DNA of 64,000 nt from Patellaria atrata CBS 101060 (taxonomy: Eukaryota). Every line of letters begins with the position of its first letter. The first letter of the stretch is position 1. The DNA is taken from contig MU006091.1 in NCBI GenBank assembly GCA_010093705.1, positions 1,054,001 through 1,118,000 of the forward strand, in the 5' to 3' direction. The notes beneath the pieces were generated by a model. The model made no database searches, had not been told where the DNA came from, and was given only the letters and a program-made list of their open reading frames with translations. Of this stretch, positions 53,098 through 64,000 are shown one piece after another. The translations under genes were made by a program, and so were the position numbers.

Positions 53098-54006
53098 ATG
53101 AGCTTTTTTGCCGGCTTGAGGATGAGGAGGCACGGCTCGTTGGAGAACGATGAGGAGTTGAATGCCGCGGCCTGGGAGGCGGCGAGGGGGGCTGGAGTTG
53201 GGGCTGCGAGGGTGAGTTTTGTTTATTTGTTCATTTACTTCTATCGTGTTATGGGATCGCTTTCATTTTTGAGTCGTCGAGGGAATTATGGGTTGAAGAG
53301 GGAAGAAAGAGCTTGGATTGAGCAACCCGCGGAACCTTGAGATCGCTGGTAGAAGAGATATCGGGACGCACTATCGGGTTTCTCGCAGATTTCTGGCATT
53401 TTACACTGTCTTTGTCTATGGAGGACGTTCGCACATCTATCCAGCGACCAAAAGTTTGGGCGTTCAAAGGGGATAAGAGTGCCGGATTCCCTCCGCGAAC
53501 ACATCTCTCCTCTCTCCTACCAGTCTCTACGTCCTCTTCCTGTTTCACACCCCATCCCATCCATTTCTCATCCCTCATCGAACCATCCTCCGCCTCCTCA
53601 CTAACACACCACCAGTGGGGCCTCTACTCCGGCATAGCAGCCGGCGCCGCCCACCTCTACTCCCCCATCTACCGAGGCCTAACGATCCAATTCAAAGTGT
53701 AAGTTCACCCCCTCCTCCCAGATCCTTATTAACCCCCGCGTTATACCCAAACCCCCTCAAAAAAAAAAAAAAGAAAAAAAAAAAACCTAACCTGACACCC
53801 CCCACAGCTTCGTCCAAATGTCCGCAATGGTGATCGGCAGCATGGTCGAAGCGGACCGGCGCCTGCTGGCCTACGAGCGCGCCGTGAGGCACAACAAGCG
53901 CATCCGCCGCGACACCGAAGCCTGGCGGCGCTTCGAGAACGATTTCGAGGCGCAGGGGACGCCGGGGGTTGGGAGTGAGGGGGCGGTGAAGAGAGAGGGG
54001 TCATAG
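53098..54006 (+). CDS. Small mitochondrial membrane protein, RCF3-like
   Basis: Spliced ...AAWEAARGAGVGAAR|WGLYSG...YSPIYRGLTIQFKV|FVQMSAMVIGSMVEADRRLLAYE; the pattern resembles yeast Rcf3 from memory. Introns 53212-53615, 53699-53807; start is 53098 or 53122. Confidence 0.7.
53325..53506 (+). ncRNA. Candidate structured intronic RNA (ACA-terminated, H/ACA-like) in RCF3-like intron 1
   Basis: Nested helices CGCGGA(53328-33)/TCCGCG(53492-97), CCTTGA/TCAAAGG and TCGCTGG-TAGA(53343-53)/TCTA-T-CCAGCGA(53436-47); ACA directly after the closing stem. Confidence 0.5.
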
Positions 54007-54693
54007 TCGTAAAGTTGCGGTAGTTAAGGAATAGAACCAGAATCAGAATCGGGCTCGTCGGGTTGCAGTCGGGCAATGGTTTGGGAAGCTGGGCGGGAAA
54101 TTGTTTCTTCGTAGGACTAGATGGGTGACGGTAGGATGAGGAAGTCTTTTTTTTTTCCCGGCGTTGGCATGGGGAAAGGGAGGCATTTGTTTCGGCGTTT
54201 GCGTATAGTACACTACACAGCCTTCTCACTACAAATCACGAAGATCTAACGAACGACAAGGGCACTATAACAACTTCTGAACAGGCACACGTTCCATATT
54301 CAACCCTATCAATTCTATCCATAGAAGCAATATACACATATACTCAAAAGGGGGTTCCAAGAAGACCGAACCAGGGCATTCCAGTCGTGTACGCATGTCC
54401 CCCACCATGTCAAAATTTCCGTGTACAAAAAGCCCACCCTGAAAGCTAGAAAAAGACTATGCAGTTTTCGAATGAGACCAAGGTATAAAACGCCGATCAT
54501 GGTAGCCAGATTAAAGGTGAAAGTGATCCGTTGCCTATGTCTATTTGAACACACCAGACGCTTTTGCCGTAACCAAAGGAAAGAGAAGATGACTGTACCG
54601 AGGGGAAAGGTAAGGGAAATAGAGTGTACAGTGAAAGAGGGGAAGGTGAAGAAGAGGGTACAGGGGGAAGGGGGATGTGTAATTAAAAGAGCA

Positions 54694-57600
54694 TCAAAAC
54701 CCAAGATAGGTGAAGGTGCTATGTAGGCCCTCTAGAACGTTCTCGGCCATGATATCGTACTGCTCCCTGGACATACCAAGGCGATTGAGGTCTTCAGTCG
54801 AGATCTCCTCATTCGTAGATGCAGCTAAGGATCCCGCTCTCGAGCGATTATGGACGCCAAGGGGCGTAGATACAGACACCGGTCTCGACTGGTCACCCAC
54901 GTACCGCTGCGTAGCTGCAGACAACCCACTAGACCGACGACCGTCCCCATATATCCACGGCTTAATCGTCTTCTCGGAGACTCTGCTCAATCTTCTCCGC
55001 CGCGGGGACTCGGCAGAGAAAACCTATATGCAGACAGAGACACGGTTAGCTAAATTGCCTGACCAAAAGCCATGTCGAGGTCCGCTCCCGAGAACGGCGC
55101 AACTACCTCTGCATCGGAATGTCCATCCTCACTGGACCATTCGCGGGGGCTAGGATCGTCGCTGGTACCATCGCCTCCATGTTGGAAATAGATCTCCTGT
55201 TCCATCGTCGGCGTACGGTCGATCCGGGCTTTTTCCATGATCTTCTCGATGTCGCCGCCCATCTCGGGTGAGCTGGTATCCGGGCGCTCCGTATCTACGG
55301 GCTCCTGTATGCCATGCGCGAGATTGTAGTTGCGCTGAAGGATTTTGGCGAGGCGGTCGACTTGCTTCCCCCACGCGTCATCGACCATGCGCAAGGCAGC
55401 GTTGATGTCTTGTTCAGTAAGTTCAGACTTGGAAGGCTCGTCTCGAGACTTGCCAGTGACCCGTTTTGCGATATTTCGTACCGATGCACTCTTCATTGTC
55501 ATCGTTGACTTGGTGTCATCCTCTTTAGCGCCTTCCACAGATGCTCTTGTCTGATTGATCTGATTGTTGCGGCTTTCGTTCATGTAAGGAAGATACAGCA
55601 TAGTTGTGTTTTGCTGAAGCGCATTGATCATGTCGGTAAATCCGGAAAGTGTGATTCCATTGTAATCGCAGTGCAATTCCTCTAGAGTTCTGTTGACCTT
55701 GAGAATGTCTGCTAGAGTACGCGCTCCTTGAATGCCAAGTCGCTGGCGTTCAATATGTAGGACTCGAAGAGTCTTATTATATTTCAATCCACTCAGTGCT
55801 CGATTGATTCCGTCCCCAATTTTGGAAACCTCTAATCTAGAATCTTCTCCTGATAGATTGAGTTCCTCCAGGGTAGTGTTGAGCGCAAACATTCTCTCCA
55901 TGGCTTCACTAGTCTCATCCGATGCATCACTGGGCAAAGAAGCTTTCGAGATATCGAGATATTTAATAGTGGTGTTCCCTGTCAATGCAACGATCAATTG
56001 TTGAAAATAATGTTCCTTTTGGTACTCTAGTAGCTTCAGAGTTAGCATAGATGGTGCGTAGCCCTCAGCGATAGCCTGAACGAAATGACGATGCCCGGCC
56101 TCGAGGTAATTTTCACTGATATCAACATGAAGCTTTCGACCCTCTCCGGCAGTTTTAGTCATTGAATGCATCAAGACGCTAATGTCCTTTCCTGAGAGGT
56201 TCGTTTTGTCGAGCCGCAGAATACGTAGAATATTTGATTGTGGACTTGCTAGATAACTATAGGTAAATGTTAGATTTGTGGGCCAACATAATAGCATAAC
56301 CGAAGATGGATATCGTGTAGCGGGAGAGATTGTCGAGCTAGAAATGATCATCACTTACCAAGAAATGGCTTCTATGGATTCTTTATTGAGCATGACTGAA
56401 CTGAAAGATAATTCTTGCAATCTCCAATTGAGTAGTGTTTCGGTAGAAAGGAAAGGCTCGGGACCGGATGTCCTGCTAAGATATGATAAGTTAAGCTTTC
56501 GAAGAAGATCAAAAGGACGAAGCTGAGCGGCAAGCCGTAAAGGATTGATACGAGCTGGGTTCCTTGATATGTCGATGGCTTCTAAAGTTGTGTTTTGAAC
56601 CTCCAGGGAATCTAGTATAAGATCCACTTGCTGTTCTTGAAGGCCACAATTGCTGATTTCTATGGCACGAAGATGGCACTTCCGTTCAACAGCTGCATCA
56701 ATGAGAAAATCCAAGTCTGTTTCCCCAAGCCGAATATTATTCAGGACGATCCAATCGACATTGGTGGTTTGAGCTTTACAGAGAGGACAGAGTGCTTCGA
56801 GAATGCCGCACCCTGTGTCTCTGCTCTTATTCCCGTCGGAGACGTTTCTTGGATTGCGGGTTATGCACGAAGTAAAATCCATATGCCAGAGTCTCTTGCT
56901 TGTCACAGCAAGCGCACGGAGCTCCTGAACTAGCACGCTGGCTGCTTTCTGTTCTTCCACAGGAATTTCCATTGCAACGCCCTTCTTAGTTTCGGAACAC
57001 AGATGATCAAAGCCAAAGTCATCATGAAGGCCGTTCAATTGGTCGAGAGAAACATTGGCGAAGGAGATGGTATGGAAACTCTCGTTGTATCGTAATGCGC
57101 GCATGACAGCAAGTAATTCCACGATCTCATACTTACGTTTAGGATGATAAGGTGTAAGGAGGTCGAAACATGGAGGATCATTAGGAGGCTCTGTAATGCG
57201 GTAACTATGAAACAATTAGTGCTATACGTACTTAGAATAACTAAACCATACCTTATGTTACTGGGATCTACACCATATGCTACACAATATGCGGTCAGAG
57301 TTCGAGGGAAGCAATCACCGTCAATGGGACGAGCAGTTTGTATCGCCTCCACATGTTCATTTATCTCTTCAGGTACTTTGAAGGTGTACGGCCTAGAACT
57401 CCATTCTGGGCGGAGATATTCTTCTTTGAGGCGTAGGTTTAGGGCGATGCTCCGCGCATCCATCGAGGAAATATAGTATGTCTTAGGATTTCGTAAAGGG
57501 ATCCTGAAAGTTAGCTCAAGAGTATGCCCTTCTTCACCCAACCTGAGGGCCGTCATCGCCATGATTCCATTTGATGAGACTTTGCTTCGAGGGGTAGAGG

Positions 57601-58751
57601 CCAAACTCGACCCTCTATGCGGAAACTTCACTAAGGACATGATATGGACTTTGTGGACACCAATTGCAAGGATGCACACAGAAGACTCTATCTTTGCCAA
57701 ATCGTCCGAGGAAGAGTGATCCCCAAGGATTCTTGCATTCCGCTTCACGACTTTATAGTAGGAGACTTCATTTAGATCATAATCATGCTGATATTTGACG
57801 TTTCGTGCAGCTTGATGTGTATTCCAGACTGATAACTGTGCTGGCTCCATAGCACGAACCCGTTCTGTCGCACTCCTTATTCGAGCAAGCCAGACATCTC
57901 TATCTTTAGGGTTGGCAATTTGTATGGTCAATATCGGCGCGTTGTTTGTATCTTCGTTGAGAGAAGCTACCTCTATAGCAAAATAGGGGCGTCCATCGTC
58001 TAACGTATTGACGGCCACAACCTGCTTCAGAAGAATGCCAGTCGCTCTCTCTTCCGAAGTTGCGTCGGACTGAACCTTTTGGAGGTCGGTAAAAGATCCT
58101 ACAGAAGCGATGGAGCTCTGCCGAAAACTGCTATTTCGTCTAACAACGGGCCCAATCCTAACCATGTTAATATATGAACCTAGCAAATGAACATTGGTGT
58201 ACTCACACACTGAATGCCAATGCAGCCTTTTCCTTGTTTTTGAACCTTATCAGATGAGTATCTGTCAAGACAAGGTACTCCTTTTTCTTTTTGAACATGG
58301 CATTACCTATCTGGATCTCGCCATGGTGCAACACATTTCTTCCGCGCGTGCCGATATCTATTTCGCCCCAGTTTATTGACGGAGGAGTAACCGATACTGC
58401 GGTCAAAGGTTCCTCGATATCATCTGAGCGAACCGACTTCCAGGAACCAAAACCTGAGGAGGAGAGACCGCTGCTTCGCGGAAAGGTTTCTTGTCTTGCC
58501 GGCGAGAACGGTGACGTAGGGGTTTCACTGTCATCCCAATGGCTCTCAGTGTATCCACCTGGGCTTGACGCGCCACTACTAAAAAGAGACGGTGTTCGTC
58601 GCTTCTTCAGGAGGTTTGATACCAGACTTAATTCTGGAGTGGGGGAGTTGTCGTCGCGATCGCGATTTGGGAGGATGGTATTTAGTGAATTACGTCCGAA
58701 TATGGAGGCTCTTTTACTGAGTGAATTACCGTCTCCAGAGCTTTTAGACAT
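54694..58751 (-). CDS. Large leucine-rich-repeat (RNI-like) protein with a PH-like N-terminal region
   Basis: LRR units NTTLEELNLSG, NKTLRVLHIE, NRTLEELHCDYN; KKKEYLVLTDTHLIRFK. Introns 58159-58206, 57205-57251, 56257-56358, 55024-55106. Confidence 0.82.
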
Positions 58752-59594
58752 GTTGCCGCGAAGACTGATGAGGTCAATCTGTCAAGGCACGAGGTGTTGA
58801 GCGTTGGTCGGGGTTTTGCGGAAGTATGTGTGTAATGGATGAGGGTAGAGGGAAACAGAAATGTTGATTCTACCCGGTTACATGTGTACAAGAAAGTGCA
58901 CTCCAGCAGGAAGCGCGACCACGGGAGCTGTCACGCTTTTGAGGGTCGATTACGCGGGAAGGTGGACGCATCATATAGCCGTTTCATCGAGACAGGTGAA
59001 GTATACAGTGAAAGTTAGGACGATATCCGTTTGCGAGACGCGTTTGACATGACGAAATGTTAAGTTGTCGCAAAGTTGTCACTTATTATATACAAAGTGT
59101 GAATGTTACGTGGTTAAAGCAACAAGACGGGATGAGGTGTTGAGTTCTGAGGATATTACGGATACGCATGTCATTGTCGTTATCATTCGTTGTCGGGGGG
59201 TCGGAGGGGGTTCCTTATCCCTTATCCCTTGACCTTGCCTTACCCTAATAAATCCTACGCTTTCTCTCCCGTAACTGGCGCAATCTGGGAATCAACTCCG
59301 CAAACCCCGGTCGATCTGAGAATTTCCCTGTTTGCATCCTTGATCCCCTGTTTGCATTCCCAATTGCTAGCCGATTGCCGCCAAAAGATACCACACAAGG
59401 CGCACTTAACATTGTAAGGGTGCTTCCATTACAGAACGGTACCGAAATGTAATGTACTATACCGTATTGGGGACTCACCGTTACGTCGTTCGGCCCGCGT
59501 CGCGTCAACCCCCGAAGGGAAAAGTTTCTAGTAAGGAGTGCTCTACGACCACACTCAACATTATACATTAAAATCATTCTATTGTACATTTTCA

Positions 59595-62500
59595 ATGCTT
59601 CGGCGCACAATCGAGTGCGCTCCGCTCTCTAATTCTAGATACATATGTCTGTTCTGCCAGTCGAAACGGTTGCTCCAACATCGTAAACCATCATATCTCG
59701 TTTCCCGATGCACTACCATACGCTCCTCATCAATCAGTCCAACTGCATTTCGCAATGACAATAAATCCTCCTCAGATGATAAAACCGCCTTAAGTGATAA
59801 ACCCTCATCAGAAAACAAATCTTCCTCACATATCCTTCAGTCCAAGGAAGCAAAATCGAAGCCATCCATATTGGCCTCGAAAGGCTTCAAAAAGCAAAAG
59901 AGCAAGAGCAAGAGCATACAGAAAGACGACTCACAGACTCAGGCTGACGGCGAAGTTGGCATCTCTCTCAAAGAAGCTTTGACGAAGCATGCTCAAGGGG
60001 TTGAGGCGCAAAAGGAGAAAGTCACACTAGAAGGGAAGAAACATAAAGGGAGAGAAGGGAAAAAGGGATTACCTGGAAAGAAAAAGATAAAAGAGGAATT
60101 GCTACCGTCAATAGCGGAAGAGGATGGAAAGGATGTTATCAAAAGTGAGGATAAATCCAACGGGAAGAAGAAGGGGCGCGTAAGAGGAAAGCCTAAGTCT
60201 AGGGCGGACCTTCCCTTGGAGAACAAAATACGGAAGATTAATGCATATTTCAGACCTCGGCCCAGATACTATCTTTCAGAGCGTAAAGAACCTAGAGTTA
60301 AATACACACCCCCCACCCCGATAGGTGCTGCATCCCCTTTGTGGCCCGAAGAGTTGAGATCCTTGGATATCCAAAAAGTGTCTGCTGACAATTTGGATTT
60401 TGAAGCGATTCCTGTTGAACAACCACCCGTTCCAAAACTATCTTATGGGTTAGACCGCGTTTTATTCAACCCCGGTGTATATAATCTTCGCGATGCACGA
60501 TCCCGCGTCTACAATTTCGACCCGTATTTGGAAGATGTTATGCCTGTTCATGAATTCAATTTCAGCTCGCTAGGTCTTTTCATGCCCCCTTCCAAGGATC
60601 CTTCACTCGCCCAGATTGCTAGAGATAAGGGTAAAAGGTATATTGGCTCCACTTCAAGCATGAGCGGTGTCCTGATGCACTTCCATTTCCTATTATCCCA
60701 ATGGCGTGATCTCAATTTCGAAATGTTATCCAAAGCATTTGGACCGGTGCAAAGTGTACAATTTACAAGTACATTCAAAGCCCCAGCCGCGATCATATTA
60801 CGCTGGAGGAACGGTACTTATGCAATCGACGCAGATAAACAGTTCGACTCTGGTAATATTCTGTCTATGTTAGGAAAATCCTTAGAGAAACTTTTGACGC
60901 TTCCTAAGGAGGACTACGAGCGTTATCGGAAATCACATTCAGACCAAATCACTCAGGAGGAACGCGCGAAGCCGGAATCATATCACTATTCTGGTATGGG
61001 TGGTGTGCTTGTGCGGTCTCAGTTAGATGCGTATGATCCCAGGTTACCGGGGACCGGCATGTTCGATCTCAAGACTCGCGCAGTTGTCACTATTCGAATG
61101 GACAGCGCCGACTACGAGAAAGGTCTTGGCTACCAAATCAAAGGGCAGCGAGGTCTATGGGAGTCTTATGAAAGGGAATACCACGACATGATCCGTACCA
61201 CTATGTTCAAATACTCACTTCAGGTGAGAATGGGCAGAATGGACGGTATCTTCGTGGCATATCATAACGTAGAACAAATATTCGGGTTCCAATACGTTGG
61301 TTTGGAAGAGATGGATCTTGCGCTTCATGGTCAATCTAATACCACGCTTGGCGACGGTGAGTTTCGACTGAGCTTAGATCTCTTCAATAAAATTCTAGAT
61401 AAAGCGACAAAGAAGTTCCCAGAGCAGTCTATCCGTCTACATTTCGAAACTAGGACCTCGAAGAAGGTGCCTTTCATGTATATCTTCGCCGAGCCAGTGA
61501 CAGAGGAAGAAGCAGAGAGTATCCAAAAGACGCAGAAGGAGAGGGTAGACGCTTATGAAAGGAAGATTCTTGGATTACATGAGGATGGAACGCCGGTGAC
61601 ATCTTCTGAGAAGCTTAAAGAGGAGTGGAGGGCTATTCAAGCTCAGGTCGACACCGAAATGGAGGAGGAAGAAGACCAAGAATCATTGAGTAAAGATCAG
61701 GGTAGTGAGGAAGCAGATCCAAAGCTCCGTAAGTGAATAATGATTCTAAATAGAATTGGATATTAACCGTTCATAGGCGATCACGACGAGGAGCGTGCAA
61801 TGACAGAGGAAGACGGTGAAGAAGATGAAGAGGAAGACGAAAATGAGGACGATGAGAGTCAACGGAATGCCGTTAGTGAAGATGCTGATAACGAGAACGA
61901 GGTTGAAGAAGATGATGAGAAAGGTTCAGAGGAGGGCAAGGAGGAAGAGGTCGCTGAAGAGGTTAATGACGAAAATAATATGGAAGAAGACGATGTCGGC
62001 GAAGACTCGAAATACACAGAACCCGACTTGGAGATATCAAACTCAGGGTCAGAAACCCAGAACGAACAGCACAGCCCTTTCTCAGAAGCCGTAGACCCTC
62101 AAGAAGCCGCTCCTTCCCAACCTTCACCCTCCCAAACCACGTCCGGCAAACCCCTCCTCGCGCTCACCCTCACAATCCGCAACAAAGTCGACGACCAATA
62201 CGTCGCTCGCCCGACCAATCTCTCCCCTGACCAGAAGTGGGAACTCGAGTACCTCCTCACCGAGATCAGCAACGAGCGCGTCGCCTGGGGCAAGTACCAC
62301 CAGGTCCAGGACAGACGGAGGAACGCGCTCGATCCGGACAGGAACTCAAGCGAGGACGAGGGGAAGCTGGATTTCTTCCGCAGGCAGTTGAGGGATTTGG
62401 CGGATCAGGGCCGCGTGTGGAAGCGCGCGAGGGATGAGGTCGATGAGAGGGTGGGGGAGGCGGTTGTTTGGGTGCCGGATGTCCAAACGACGAAGGTGGG

Positions 62501-62612
62501 AGAGGGGAGCGCGGGTGAGGGCGAGGGAGGGGGCGGTGGGACTACCGGGGAGGTGGAGGATGTGGAGAGTTATCTGAGGTGGTTGTATGGGGAGGGAAAA
62601 CCGCGTGGGTAG
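59595..62612 (+). CDS. PET127: Mitochondrial 5'-3' RNA exonuclease Pet127
   Basis: PVPKLSYGLDRVLFNPGVY, YIGSTSSMSG, RSQLDAYDPRLPGTGMFDLKTRA, KYSLQVRMGRMDGIFVAYHN; Arg/Ser-rich targeting-like N-terminus. Intron 61729-61776. Confidence 0.93.
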
Positions 62613-64000
62613 GGCGGAGAAGACGTGGAAATGCGTTGTAATGTTGTAATATATGCAAATTATCCTATAGACTTGTATACTCGATATGCGCGTGCGTTTT
62701 CGAGCCTCAAATCATCACTTTGAATCGCTTTTACTCTCTCGTGTAGGAGCACCATACTACTCCTTTTCCAGCTTGGTGGTTATGACTTCCTTCTGTTCGA
62801 TAAAGGGAAACGGGCAAGATATTGTGAAAGATGTAGGATAGAGACTAGATGTGTTATTGAAAATGACTAGCGAGTATCCATATGGTATGGGGTGATGATG
62901 AGAATCCCCTACCCAGAAACACTAGGAAATGTACTGTGTAGACTGACAGACACGCTAGCTGATTTTGCGAGACGCCGTTGGGAGGTGGGCCAATGGTGGT
63001 AGTTGGATTGGATAAGGAGTTTCAGTAAAGGGGGAAGTTCACAGAAGAAGCAAAACTTCCCTGATTCATGCATAGTCACAGTAACTTTTATGCAGTTGAG
63101 AAGCTAACGGGTTTGAGAGCAACCGGTGTGAGATTACTTTCTAAAATAGATCCCTTAAATCCTAGGTGGGTTTCCATGTGTGAAGAGAAGAGGATGAGAG
63201 AAAAGAAAACCTCGTAATCCAATAATGTTTTACATCCTTGATCTAAGGAAAGATGGATGGGGAAGTGTGAAGTGAAGGTACCATTCATAAAGCATTGGGG
63301 AATTGAGGGTATTATTGCTAATGTACAACCATGTGGGAATGAGGAAAAGGAGACCAGGCAACCGTTACCAGAAGATGGGCTAGGAAGACAAGAGTGGGGA
63401 TTATGAAGCCCACGATAGAAGGATATCTGGGGTCTATAGATGAAGTGCTAAAAGAAGAATCTAACCTTGCAGATATGTCCCTTGGAAGAACTAAATAGAG
63501 CGAGAGAATCGTAAGCGTTGTGAACCGTTAGGAATCACAGAAGGACGGTGGACAAACCTATGCCATGAGCCTTCCTATGGTAGAAGTAGAGTGTCTTCGA
63601 TCATTTTGGCGAAAGCCCATTTCTCCTCTACCGTCATCCGATACTTTTCCTGTACAAGTATGCAATATGTGCTCTTTGGAGGATTTGTACTTTTCGTTCC
63701 ATTAGAGTTCCAGAAAAACCATGAATCGTCAATAATGCGTTTGATGCGCTTCCATAGCAGATATTAGAGGCTAGCAACTCCGGTGTTTCCAATCAACATG
63801 ACCAAGGGGCTGAGTCCATAGGTTTCACTAGGATCAACGGGACGCGGGATTGACTTCTACTTCTCCGGTGAGTACATAGCCTGCCTGATGTAGATTTCAA
63901 GTGACCGTATTCCTTGCAAAAACTCGAAGACGAAGCTTGAAAGCCACCTCTGGTAACCACCCCAAGAGTCGGAAATTCTGATGTCGATGTGTAAGCGCTT

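Noticed and set aside
53325..53506. RNase P/MRP, SRP or spliceosomal snRNA identity for the intronic structure
   Set aside because: I could not find their conserved motifs (CR-I/CR-V, SRP helix 8, U1/U2/U5 signatures).
1..64000. tRNA, rRNA, CRISPR arrays, intact transposons, secondary-metabolite cluster
   Set aside because: No cloverleaf with A/B boxes, repeat-spacer array, transposase/RT/integrase ORF or PKS/NRPS seen by eye.

Overview
Intron-rich genomic DNA from a filamentous ascomycete (Pezizomycotina, inferred from intron size, CTRAY branch sites and gene content). About 19 intact protein-coding genes can be reconstructed: YCF1-type ABC transporter (truncated by the window edge), derlin, cyclin H, an orphan ORF, ADI1, a Par32/DUF3602-like protein, a phosducin-like protein, GDP-mannose transporter, an 87-aa spliced microprotein missed by the ORF track, ENA Na+/K+-ATPase, promethin-like protein, RPA49, ERG3, AZF1-type zinc finger, TUP1/RCO-1, CBF5, RCF3-like protein, an LRR protein and PET127. 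There is also a clear trehalose synthase/phosphorylase pseudogene and several microsatellites. I saw no tRNA, rRNA, CRISPR or recognisable transposase/RT. The most interesting signals are: (1) an intact but unusually diverged CBF5/dyskerin, next to a RIP-like damaged pseudogene; (2) two oversized introns (derlin, RCF3-like) whose sequence suggests H/ACA-snoRNA-like hairpins ending in ACA, one lying about 1.4 kb from CBF5; (3) a 664-nt terminal intron in TUP1 ahead of a 25-nt last coding exon; (4) frequent AAG 3' splice sites. All exon structures and base pairings were derived by eye. Family assignments come from remembered motifs, not database searches.
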